From NCBI GenBank assembly GCA_963807635.1, contig CAWEDJ010000034.1, forward strand, positions 1-29,889: DNA of 29,889 nucleotides, read 5' to 3'. This document shows positions 19,411 to 28,545 of the stretch, piece by piece. Under the pieces are notes generated by a model. That model searched no databases, was not told the origin of the DNA, and saw nothing but the letters and a program-made list of their open reading frames with translations. Position numbers and translations under genes: made by a program. This DNA comes from an uncultured cyanobacterium (GTDB taxonomy: Bacteria > Cyanobacteriota > Cyanobacteriia > Cyanobacteriales > Microcystaceae). The stretch's first letter is position 1. Each line of letters starts with the position of its first letter.

Positions 19411-20289
19411 ATGATCAAACGTCAATTTTTACGACTAGGTATTGTAGCCCTATTATCTGCCCTTATTTTGATAGGTATCACCCATCAAGTCACCGCCCAA
19501 AATGTCCCTGATTCCATTCAACAAACCTGGAATCTCCATCAACATGATCGCCCCGTTGCTTCCCCCCAATTAGAAATTGCCTCAACTGATGTAGTTAAGG
19601 GAGAATGGGTGAATTATGCAAAAGTTGGTGATAAAACGATCAAAGGGTATCTAGCGCGATCGCCGCAAGCTAAAGCTGATGCCCCTGCTCTCCTCGTTTT
19701 CCATGAATGGTGGGGATTGAATGACAATATCCAAAAAATGACCGAAAAATTAGCGGCAGAAGGTTATACCGCTTTAGCCGTTGATTTGTATGAAGGTCAG
19801 GTAGCCGATAAACCCGAAGACGCGATAACTTTTATGAAAAAAGCCTCACAAAATCGGAAAAATTTTGATAGTAATATTGAGCAAGCCTATGATTATTTAA
19901 AAACAAAAACCAAAGCAGGTAAAATCGGCACAATTGGCTGGTGTTTTGGAGGAACTTCTTCCTTAAATACTGCCCTATTATTACCTAAAAAAATAGACGC
20001 GACTGTGATTTACTACGGCTCAGGGATAGAAAGCGATCGTAATAAATTAAAAGTTTTAGAAATGCCAATCTTAGGAATTTTTGGAGAATTGGATAAAAGT
20101 ATTCCTGTTGCCAAAGTTGAAAAATTTGAGCAAACTTTAAAATCCTTGGATAAATCCGTCGAGATTCATATTTATCCGAACGCTGATCATGCCTTTGCTA
20201 ATCCATCAGGAACTCGTTATAATGCCACTGCCGCAGAAGATGCTTGGAAAAAAACGATGGCTTTTTTAAAGAAAAACTTACAGGCGTGA
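19411..20289 (+). CDS. Dienelactone hydrolase family protein with signal peptide
   Basis: HEWWGL, GWCFGG nucleophile, ADHAFAN. Confidence 0.92.
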   Translation: MIKRQFLRLGIVALLSALILIGITHQVTAQNVPDSIQQTWNLHQHDRPVASPQLEIASTDVVKGEWVNYAKVGDKTIKGYLARSPQAKADAPALLVFHEWWGLNDNIQKMTEKLAAEGYTALAVDLYEGQVADKPEDAITFMKKASQNRKNFDSNIEQAYDYLKTKTKAGKIGTIGWCFGGTSSLNTALLLPKKIDATVIYYGSGIESDRNKLKVLEMPILGIFGELDKSIPVAKVEKFEQTLKSLDKSVEIHIYPNADHAFANPSGTRYNATAAEDAWKKTMAFLKKNLQA

Positions 20290-20325
20290 TGTCGTGAATT
20301 AATTACAATAACACGGAAAATACCC

Positions 20326-20350
20326 GTAGGGACATAATATTTTATGTCCT
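20326..20350. repeat. GTAG-type REP-like hairpin between convergent genes; possible terminator
   Basis: GTAG GGACATAA TATT TTATGTCC followed by T-rich tract. Confidence 0.55.
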
Positions 20351-20373
20351 TTTTATGTCTTTTTGATTTTCTT

Positions 20374-21782
20374 TTATGTTCTTATTTTTTGTAAAATTCG
20401 TTGTATAAAAAAAAGAATCACTTTGAACTGATTTTGATATAATTGGCTGAGGGTAATGGGATCTTCAGGGGGAATCAGAGCAGATTGATATTGAAGAATA
20501 ATTAAAACATTCCAGAAAGTCAAAAAACAACTAATACCAATTCCCCATTTTTTCCATTGTCTGCCAGGAAAATAATCCCATAAAGCGGCTAAACCAAAAA
20601 TAAAAATTAAGCTACAGTTGGCAAACATTCTGCCGCCCACACTTGCACCCTGCCACCAACACCACCAGGCACTAATTACATAGACTTGTAAACCCACTGC
20701 AATTAATAAAATACAAGCCAAACGGGTCATTTTTCGGGCTAAAAGACCTAAACCCATTACAGCGAATAGAGTTAAAGGATGCCAGCTAAATAGTCCTCGA
20801 TACCCTGAAAATAAAACTTGAAAAACGGCTGGTTGAAACCAATGAAAACTTTGCCCATAACCCCTTGCCTTGCCTTCTTCTAAATAGGGAATACGACTCA
20901 ACCCTCCGTATTGCCAAACATAAATAATAAGTTGGGGTAATTGCATTAAAACTGTTACGACTAAAATTAAGGCGATCGCGCTTAAATATTGAAGTTTAAA
21001 TAAGTCTCGAAAATTTATTTTTTTAACTTGAGGATTTGAATTTTCTTCTATTCCTAACCAACCGATTAAAACAGGAACAATAATAAATAAAATATCCTGG
21101 GACGAACTAAGGCCGCTATGCCTAAAATTCCCCCTAATACGATTTGTAATCGCCGTTCTTTTTGCCAAGGTTTTGTAATACAAAAATATAAAAATAGAGA
21201 AATTAAAAATTGCGAAACCGCATGGGACATCGAGACTTCAATTAACAAATAATAGGTCAGAGGAGAGGCAAACCAAATCCCTCCCACCGCGATCGCCGAA
21301 GCCGTTAGACTGAAATAGTGTCGTGCTGTGCGGTAACTCAACCATAATCCCGTAATTCCTAAGCCGATACTGCCCAAACAATAAAACAATTCGTAGGGCC
21401 AGGTTAGGCCATTGGCTTCGACATTCAACCCAATTAAACCAAGAGCTAAGGCGACTAAATGCCCGATCGCAAAAAAAGGTAAAAGAATTAAACCCATACC
21501 AATCGTGTATTTGCTGTATTCCACCCCTGGCCCTGTCGAACGGACTGCACCGCCAAAAATAGAAGCCGATTGAGAATAAAATTCATGCTCATTTAATACT
21601 TTTAAATCACCGTCAAATAATAGCGATCGCAGGGGGCCATAATAACCAATACCGTCTCCAAAAACCCCAAAACCTGTTAGACAAAATTTTAATAAAAAAA
21701 TAGCTAGGGTAATAAAAATTGCACCAATAAAAAGACGTTTTACGCCTTCATCATCAAGCTTTGTTAACTTTAAATTGATCAT
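20374..21782 (-). CDS. Polytopic membrane protein, GT-C glycosyltransferase-like, split by a frameshift near 21100
   Basis: GDGIGYY...LRSL, SKYTIG, SMSH, LVRP / QDIL, GLFSWHP, WWCWWQG...GGRMF; one added C fuses the two ORFs. Confidence 0.75.
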
Positions 21783-21837
21783 GGGATTATCGATAGAAAT
21801 TATTATGTTATTTATTGTCGATATGTTTTGCTTCCTG

Positions 21838-21909
21838 CTGCCAAAGTTTGGCGGGAGTTCGGACATTTTCTCGATTGAAAGTCCCCCAGAATTGGGGGAT
21901 TTAGGGGGC
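21838..21909. repeat. Cyanobacterial small dispersed palindromic repeat (two hairpins)
   Basis: TGCCAAAGTTTGGCG and TCCCCCAGAATTGGGGGA-TTTAGGGGG. Confidence 0.6.
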
Positions 21910-21914
21910 GATGT

Positions 21915-22763
21915 TTACCCCTGACATTGAGGACAAAAATGGCTCGATCTTCCCCCCAATTTAATTCGTTCAATCAGCGTTCCACAGACTCGACAGGGTT
22001 CATCCTTGCGACCATAAACCCAAGCAACTCCGCCATAGTTGCCATTGATTCCCGTCACATCCCGAAAATCGCTGAAAGTTGTCCCCCCTGATGCGATCGC
22101 GGTTTGGAGGACTTCGATAATCATTTGGTGTAATTTTTCAATTTGATTAGGTCTTAAGGTATTACCAAAAACCGTTGGCCGAATGCCTGAGCGAAATAAA
22201 ACCTCATCGGCGTAAATATTGCCTAATCCTGCCACCAATCTTTGATCTAACAAGGCGATTTTAAGCGATCGCTGGCTTTTGCTTAATTTTTGTTGGAGAT
22301 AACTGACGGAAAAATCCGTTGAAAATGGTTCTGGCCCTAACTTTTGTAAACCCGTCATAATCGTTTCTGGCTTTACTTCTGGTGGAATTGCCCAAATTTT
22401 GCCAAAGGTGCGAATATCCACAAACCGTAATTCCTGACCCTGTTCACATTCAAAATAAATTCGGGTATGACGAGATCGCTCCTCATTGGCCTTGACCCAG
22501 AGTAACTGTCCCGTCATACGGAGATGAACCCCCAAATAACCCGCCGATTTTCCCTCAGAGGTTTCCAAGACAGCCAATAAATATTTCCCCCGTCTTTGCC
22601 AGGTTAGAATCCTGACATCCCGCAACTGCTGCCAAAACTGGTCAACAGAAAAGGGGTAAGCCAGCGTGCTAAGCAGCAACACCTCTCCCCCTTTAATTAC
22701 TTGATTCGAGGTCAATTGATTAAGACCCCGACAAACCGTTTCAACTTCTGGTAACTCTGGCAC
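21915..22763 (-). CDS. mutM: Formamidopyrimidine-DNA glycosylase
   Basis: PELPEVE, RRGKYL, HLRMTG, GLGNIYADE, C-terminal CxxC..CxxC. Confidence 0.98.
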   Translation of the reverse strand: MPELPEVETVCRGLNQLTSNQVIKGGEVLLLSTLAYPFSVDQFWQQLRDVRILTWQRRGKYLLAVLETSEGKSAGYLGVHLRMTGQLLWVKANEERSRHTRIYFECEQGQELRFVDIRTFGKIWAIPPEVKPETIMTGLQKLGPEPFSTDFSVSYLQQKLSKSQRSLKIALLDQRLVAGLGNIYADEVLFRSGIRPTVFGNTLRPNQIEKLHQMIIEVLQTAIASGGTTFSDFRDVTGINGNYGGVAWVYGRKDEPCRVCGTLIERIKLGGRSSHFCPQCQG

Positions 22764-22810
22764 AATCAGTTAATTTAAAAAAATCGACAAGGAGAATCTC
22801 CCTGATGATC

Positions 22811-23041
22811 TTAACCTTTTGCTGGAGCAGATTTCACCAATTCCAACTCGCTTTCTGCAAAGTTGTTGGTGTTGATGCCCGAAGCACTACCGCTAAAACC
22901 CGCGTAATTGACGCGCTCAAAACGGACGATTACGGGATAGAGAATACCGCTTTTTTCTACCGTTGCAACCGTTCCAACGTCTCCGTACCAATAGGATTCG
23001 GGACGCTTGATTTTAACGGTGTCTCCACGTTTGATAGCCAT
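22811..23041 (-). CDS. psaE: Photosystem I subunit IV
   Basis: [15 protein letters not shown]...YPVIVRF...NTNNFA. Confidence 0.98.
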   Translation of the reverse strand: MAIKRGDTVKIKRPESYWYGDVGTVATVEKSGILYPVIVRFERVNYAGFSGSASGINTNNFAESELELVKSAPAKG

Positions 23042-23143
23042 AGATTTTTATTCCTTGATAAGTCCGTATTTCAAAAAAACCTGATTTTCTGTATTCCCGA
23101 AGGAAGACAATTAACAGGGTTTGTCCAGTTTACTTAATGCCAA

Positions 23144-23208
23144 ATTTTACCAGTTTTCCCCTCGTTGTCGATGACTCACCCCAGTTTGCGATTACAAATC
23201 TTTACATA
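23144..23208 (-). promoter_or_regulatory. psaE promoter: extended -10 TGgTAAAAT and HLR1 (RpaB) site at about -54 to -71
   Basis: ATTACAAA-tc-TTTACATA at 23191-23208 fits (G/T)TTACA(T/A)(T/A)-N2 repeat, at the spacing known for PSI promoters. Confidence 0.75.
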
Positions 23209-23267
23209 ATGAGGTCAAAGCTGTCCCTATTTTCCTCTTCAATAAAAAGGGATATCGCCCATAATCA

Positions 23268-23360
23268 TAAGTAGTTGTACAAAATTAATTACGCAAAAAT
23301 CGGCTTAAAAACCTTGTATAACAGTAAAGATCTGTGTAAATAATTTCGTCTTATTACTTA
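23268..23360. mobile_element. 93-bp MITE with TA ends (IS630-like)
   Basis: 28-bp TIR, 21/28: TAAGTAGTTGTACAAAATTAATTACGCA vs rc TAAGTAATAAGACGAAATTATTTACACA. Confidence 0.7.
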
Positions 23361-23464
23361 AGTGCTGTTACTTAATTGATAAAATACGGGAGTTTTTTGC
23401 TATCTAAGATTATTTTTTTTTCACAATGGCTATGGGATAAAACCCTTCGATCAATAAATGATGG

Positions 23465-23890
23465 TTATCCAAAAAAGGCATCACAGTTTTGACATTGATA
23501 ATCCCCAAAACTATTAAAAGGGGGTTGAAAAGCAGTAACTCTAATAAATTCTTTATTTTTGTCATAACAAACACTACAAAAAGGGCCGTCTCCATCCTAA
23601 GAATAATAAAGCCCATCCCGAAAAATCGGTTTATCTAAATTGATAGCAGATTGCTCTAATACTTTAATTCTCGCCTTTAAAGCATCATTTTCTTCCTTAA
23701 GATTAACAACTTCAGACTTGGTTTCAACTAATAAATTTTTAGTATCGACCAATGTTGACCTTAATTCAACGATAATCTCCTTAATTTCAAGATTTTGAGT
23801 TTTATCAGATAATTCTTTAGCTTTTTTCAACAAATCACTGGCTCTCGTAACAAGAAGAATGCCAGCCTGTATATCTTGTGCCGTTACCAT
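23465..23890 (-). pseudogene. Coiled-coil + zinc-ribbon hypothetical protein with an in-frame TAG at 23597-23599
   Basis: ...RDGLYYS*DGDGPFCSVCYD...YQCQNCDAFFG* continues in the same frame. Confidence 0.7.
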
Positions 23891-24042
23891 CTCAAGATTA
23901 GCCTCTAATTGTTTAATTCCACTTAAAAGCGTAACATAATACTGAAATTCTAACTCTAGTTCGTTTGTTTTTGTCATTTTTCACATTAGGTAGCTGTACA
24001 AAACACACCACAAAACGAGAGGCATATCGCTTATCATCTTAA

Positions 24043-25224
24043 TAAGCTGTTGAGCATTTAAACTGCATTGACAGCGTTACCCTTGTTTTTTAGCTTCCGC
24101 CCCCAATTTATAACTAGCTCCCCCTCATTTAGTAATCGGTTAAGGAGTTCTTCTAGTTCTTCTATTGACTTAAATAGACGGTTTGCAATAAACTCTTTCG
24201 CTGAATGCCATACCAACTCTATTAAGTTATAGTCTGGACTATATTCTGGTAAAAACTCTATTATTAAATTCGGCATTTTCTCTTTTATTTTCTCTAGAAA
24301 CTCTTTCTTTTTATGAATACTTGCATTATCTAATATAACCAGTATTTTTCGCCCGTTAATTTCAAACTCTTCTATTTTATTACCATTTTCTGACCATTCT
24401 ATTTTTATGTCTTCATAAAACCCTTCCAACACTTTAAAGAAGTTTTCTCCTGTTCCTTTTTCTAGAAATTCTACTCGTGTTTTTTTATCTGAAAGTCTCA
24501 ATGCTCCCATTACATTTACTCTTCCTTTTCTTCTATTTCCCTTCACTTTCTTTCTTTTTCCTTTTTTGCTCCAATTTTTTCGTCTTAACACCCTCAAACC
24601 GAACCCAGATTCATCCCAAAACCATATCTGGAGACGCTCTGGCGACTCTTTTGCTATTTTTAAATATTTATCAAATTTTTCCTTAAATAGCTTTCTTTTC
24701 TCTGGGTCTTGGCTTTCTTCTAAGCTATATTTTGCCCAAATATACACATACTTTTTTGATTTTAATATTCTTCTTACTTGACTTCCACTTAACTTTATTC
24801 CTGTCTCTCTTTCTAAATATTTTGCTAATCTTTGTGCTGTCCATCTCCCAAATTCGTAACCTAATTCTTCGGGGTCTTTATCTATTACCTCCAAAAGTTT
24901 ATTAACATATTCTGGAGTCGCTTTTTGATAATTCCCTTCCATTCTTTTATCTTTTAGGCTTTCCAGGTTATTGGCATCTCCATGAACACACCAATAGGCT
25001 ATCTTTCTTAATGAGCATCCTACAAAATCTGCTATTTCTTGTTGAGTTTTACCATCATTTTGTAATAATAATATCAGGATTCTCTCCCTGATATCTGGAT
25101 GTTCATTATATTTCAGTTCGTTTTGTAGTTTCTGTTTTTCATCCGTTTTTAGATGATTTTTTACTGGCATGACTTTTCTCCTTTTTTACTTTCATTATAT
25201 GCTATTTAAATGACTAACAGCTTA
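24043..25224 (-). mobile_element. IS630-family element with TA target duplication
   Basis: TIR TAAGCTGTTGAGCATTTAAA vs rc TAAGCTGTTAGTCATTTAAA. Confidence 0.9.
24058..25170 (-). CDS. IS630 family transposase
   Basis: HTH, RWT, FWDESGF, LDNASIH, LPEYSPDYNLIELVW. Confidence 0.95.
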   Translation of the reverse strand: MPVKNHLKTDEKQKLQNELKYNEHPDIRERILILLLQNDGKTQQEIADFVGCSLRKIAYWCVHGDANNLESLKDKRMEGNYQKATPEYVNKLLEVIDKDPEELGYEFGRWTAQRLAKYLERETGIKLSGSQVRRILKSKKYVYIWAKYSLEESQDPEKRKLFKEKFDKYLKIAKESPERLQIWFWDESGFGLRVLRRKNWSKKGKRKKVKGNRRKGRVNVMGALRLSDKKTRVEFLEKGTGENFFKVLEGFYEDIKIEWSENGNKIEEFEINGRKILVILDNASIHKKKEFLEKIKEKMPNLIIEFLPEYSPDYNLIELVWHSAKEFIANRLFKSIEELEELLNRLLNEGELVINWGRKLKNKGNAVNAV

Positions 25225-25309
25225 CTGCGCGGTAAATACAATATTCTGTATTTTCGTAGAGTGGGTGTTTGCGTTACGCTATAATGGTGTTGAAAATAAA
25301 GGTTTTATT

Positions 25310-25456
25310 ATGAAAACAGTTAATATTACTCAAGTTCAAGACTCTTTTGATGATTTTCTAAACTGCATTGACCAAGAGCAAATTGTCATTGAAAAGGAAG
25401 GAAAAGCGATCGCAACCCTGATTAATTATGAAGAATGGAAACGATTAAAACAGGTA
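25310..25456 (+). pseudogene. Phd/YefM antitoxin, 5' part (3' part at 28429..28545)
   Basis: MKTVNITQVQDSF...IVIEKEGKAIATLINYEEW; TATAAT at 25280. Confidence 0.85.
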
Positions 25457-25602
25457 TAGCCAACCTAAATGAGATGTGAACAGGCCAAGGATGGAATCTT
25501 TTAATTTCCCAAAACTCAATTAGCTTCTCTCCATGACTTCTGTTAGAAATAAGGAATCAGTAAAAAGAGCTTGAAGTTTTCACAATTGATTTAGGCTCGC
25601 TA
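25457..25602. mobile_element. 146-bp MITE, copy A
   Basis: TIR TAGCCAACCTAAATGAGATGTGAA vs rc TAGCGAGCCTAAATCAATTGTGAA; about 90% identical to copy B. Confidence 0.9.
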
Positions 25603-26798
25603 CATTAGCTTGCAATTGTCTAGCAACCCAACTTAAACTATTAATCGTTTCATCTAATTTTGGTTCTTTTTCTACAGTTTTATAAGCCCAACGATGATTT
25701 TGTAAGTCTTTTCTGCGATCCGAAGAACGTTGATCAAAAGATAGCTGACGTTCAACATATTTTTCTAATAAATCAGCCTTGCTCTTAATCGGCTCTTGAT
25801 GGTCATAAACATCAGCCAAAAGCTTAATAAATAAAGGCACTCGCAATAAACCATGTTCACCTTCTACCGTTTCTTGCAATAACCCTTGTAACGCCAAATT
25901 AATTTCCATTTCCGACCATAAATTAGCCCGATTAATACTCTGAAAATAAGCCTCAATTTATCTATCGGATAATTCCTGAAGACAGAATCGCCCCATTCAG
26001 ATTATTCAACTTAATATTAGCCGTTTCAAATTCCCTAACCCGACAACAAACCACCAATTGCGGATAGGTTCGCGCAAATTCATTTAACTTCTCTGTACAC
26101 TTTTTTTGCCGTTCCAAACCCAACTCATCTAACCCATCCAATAACGGCAATAAAACCTGTCTCTCTAGCCATTGCTCATAAATTTTTCGTTTACGATTTC
26201 CCCCATGCAAATCATACAACTGCTCAATAATCCAAGCCTCAATACTTTGACTATCCTCGCGCCAGGTCGAAAGCTCCAAAATAACTGGAATCACCGTTTT
26301 GGGTTGATTAATTGCTCCTATCACTAACTGTTATGCTAAACTCAATAATGCCGTTGTTTTCCCCGAACCAGGCGCACCTAAAATTAATAATTTTCCTGAA
26401 ATATCATCTCGTCCAAAAGTTTCAATTAATAGTTTATTTGGATCAAGAAAACCGCCATCTTTGCCATTAATTTGCAACTGACGATCCACCTGTAAACGAT
26501 TAACCCAGGCTTGCTGTTCGGCAATCGAAACATCCATTAAAATCCGTTCTCAGCCCAACGTATCTGTCAAACGTTTACGAATTTCAGGTAATTGCTTTTT
26601 TTCTAATAATAATTTTGCCCAATCCCAATCCACCTGATTCGATTCAGAGCGACCAAATAAGCTCAGAACAATATTTCTAATCGTGACTTTATTGTGATCA
26701 CTATTGTTAAAACCAATTGCATCTCCTTCCGTCTGAAGTTGCTGAACACTACTATTTTCAATCCTGCTATGATCAATATTTTGATCCTGTGAAGCCAT
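25603..26798 (-). pseudogene. NACHT (STAND) NTPase gene, 3'-truncated, with stops and a frameshift
   Basis: ILGAPGSGKTT, IPVILELSTW, LLPLLDGLDEL, VVCCR; in-frame stops at 26550 and 26331. Confidence 0.88.
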
Positions 26799-26866
26799 AA
26801 CAGCAAATCCGTAATAAATGACGATTTAATTATTTGTAGAGGTTTGATTCCCAAATCTATTAAGTA

Positions 26867-27012
26867 TAGCCAGTCTAAATGAGATGTGAACAGGCAACAG
26901 ATGAAATCGTTTAATTTCCAAAAGCTCAATTAGCTTCTCTCTATGACTTCTGTTAGAAATAAAGAATAAGTCAAAAGAGCTTGGAGTTTTCACAATTGAT
27001 TTAGGTTCGCTA
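26867..27012. mobile_element. 146-bp MITE, copy B (same orientation as A)
   Basis: 15 mismatches vs copy A, gapless. Confidence 0.9.
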
Positions 27013-27015
27013 TAG

Positions 27016-28425
27016 CGCTGTTCTATCAATCTAGGCAGAAGATAGATAGAAATCACGCGGAAAAATCATCTCCAACAGAGAATTTGTTAGTTTACTTAAC
27101 TGGAAGAATAGACGACAAAATACTCGCAGTATTTGAGGAGTAAAAATCACGACTAACCAAGATTTAAGCAGATTGAAGTAACATAATGGCTGAATAAACA
27201 ATTGTAAATTATTGAGGGTATTTTTCCAGCCCTTTCCCTTATTCCATTTTGGGTGTTTCTGCATTTCTTCTTGAGCAGATTCAGCTAATGTATCAGGAGG
27301 TTTTCTGGATTTGTTCAAGGCTTCTGATTGAAGACTCACCATTAAGTAAGCACTCATGACCAGTTCCCACCACTTTTCAATTTTTTTATATTCTGTTACT
27401 CGAAAATCTGCCCATCCTAATTCATTTTTACTTTGCTTTAAACCGTACTCTACCCAATTTCTTACTCCGTACAAGTTACCAACTTCTTTATATTTAATGT
27501 TGGCTACTTTTGTCATAATATAGAAAGTGGAGTTCGGTGGTAGCGTTTCTGTATTATCTGTTACTTGCCAATATCTTATTTCTCTTTTTTTACCGAATAT
27601 AATCTCTCTTATATATCTGATTTCTTTCTTTCCTGTTGAGAATATTCTGGTGAACTCTCTCCATTTATTACATCTTACTTTTTGCTCAGGTGCCAACCAT
27701 ACTCCGTGATTGCTCCGAATCGCTAGCACAAAGTCTAGTTTTTCTTTTTCTAAGATACTAACAAAATTATTCTCACTTTCACCATATTCACTATCTGCTA
27801 ATACGATTTTAATTTTAAATCCTAACTCTTTCAGCTTTTTAATCATTTCTCCTGCAATTTTTGGCTTACTTTTGTATTCATCTCCTTCTTTTAATCTTGA
27901 CTTTGGTTTGTACACTTCACTTAATAAGGGGAATGTCATTCCTCTTATTACGCCATAGGCTGTTACTGCCACTATTCCATTTTCTATCTTTCCTAGATTT
28001 CCTATGTATTGTCTCTTCACATAATCTGTTTTATTCCCTTTTTTTCTATCTCCTGTTTCGTCTATAATTACCATTATTTCCTCCTCTTTTACTTCATTTA
28101 AAATTAACTTTAATCTTCTCTTTCTTACTTCCTCTACTGACCACTCTGATTTTTCTATAAAATAATCTATTCCCTGACTATTTTCTAGCCCCGCTACTTC
28201 CGCTATTGCTGGAAATGTCTTTCTTTTTTTCTCTGATATTAATCCCAAATGGATATATTTAAAATATTCATAACTTCTCACTTCTGCGAATAAGTCTCTA
28301 TACACTTCACAGTATTCATCAATGAATTTCACTGTTTCTTGCGCTACCCGTGGCTTAACCATATACCACCTACCTCTTTTAGGGCTTTTTCTTAATTATA
28401 ACTCTCCTTCTCTGATAGAACAGCG
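27016..28425 (-). mobile_element. IS701-family element with ATAG target duplication
   Basis: Perfect 13-bp TIR CGCTGTTCTATCA; ATAG at 27012-27015 and 28426-28429. Confidence 0.92.
27031..28362 (-). CDS. IS701 family transposase
   Basis: IIDETGDRKKG, RQYIGNLGKIENG, LADSEYG, RNWVEYGLKQSKNELGWADF. Confidence 0.95.
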   Translation of the reverse strand: MVKPRVAQETVKFIDEYCEVYRDLFAEVRSYEYFKYIHLGLISEKKRKTFPAIAEVAGLENSQGIDYFIEKSEWSVEEVRKRRLKLILNEVKEEEIMVIIDETGDRKKGNKTDYVKRQYIGNLGKIENGIVAVTAYGVIRGMTFPLLSEVYKPKSRLKEGDEYKSKPKIAGEMIKKLKELGFKIKIVLADSEYGESENNFVSILEKEKLDFVLAIRSNHGVWLAPEQKVRCNKWREFTRIFSTGKKEIRYIREIIFGKKREIRYWQVTDNTETLPPNSTFYIMTKVANIKYKEVGNLYGVRNWVEYGLKQSKNELGWADFRVTEYKKIEKWWELVMSAYLMVSLQSEALNKSRKPPDTLAESAQEEMQKHPKWNKGKGWKNTLNNLQLFIQPLCYFNLLKSWLVVIFTPQILRVFCRLFFQLSKLTNSLLEMIFPRDFYLSSA

Positions 28426-28428
28426 ATA

Positions 28429-28545
28429 GAAATAGAATGGATGAGTGAAGATGACGAAAATTTCTACACTGTGGAAGAAGTTGTCGCTGAATATAATCAA
28501 ATTCACGGGACAGAATTTACATTAGAGAATTTAAAAAATGACTGA
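28429..28545 (+). pseudogene. Antitoxin 3' part (EIEWMSEDDENFYTVEEVVAEYNQIHGTEFTLENLKND*)
   Basis: Joins in frame to 25310..25456 after removing the insertions; its stop overlaps an ATG at 28538. Confidence 0.75.

Larger units (their letters stand above)
3335..22272. repeat. Dispersed HIP1 octamer GCGATCGC (about 30 copies by eye)
   Basis: Examples at 3335, 5022, 8371, 12582, 16015, 16111, 16451, 17829, 22265. Confidence 0.9.

Noticed and set aside
23597..23599. Programmed amber read-through
   Set aside because: No recoding machinery or signal visible; simple nonsense mutation or error is likelier.
23991..25281. Older MITE interrupted by the IS630
   Set aside because: Ends match at only about 14/26 positions, and the right end is equally explained as the antitoxin promoter/operator.
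26663..27056. ORFs 26663..26929 and 26826..27056
   Set aside because: They run through MITE, IS end and off-frame NACHT sequence.
2134..28067. Remaining short (about 60-110 aa) ORFs overlapping larger genes
   Set aside because: Antisense or off-frame to well-supported CDSs with no recognisable motifs.
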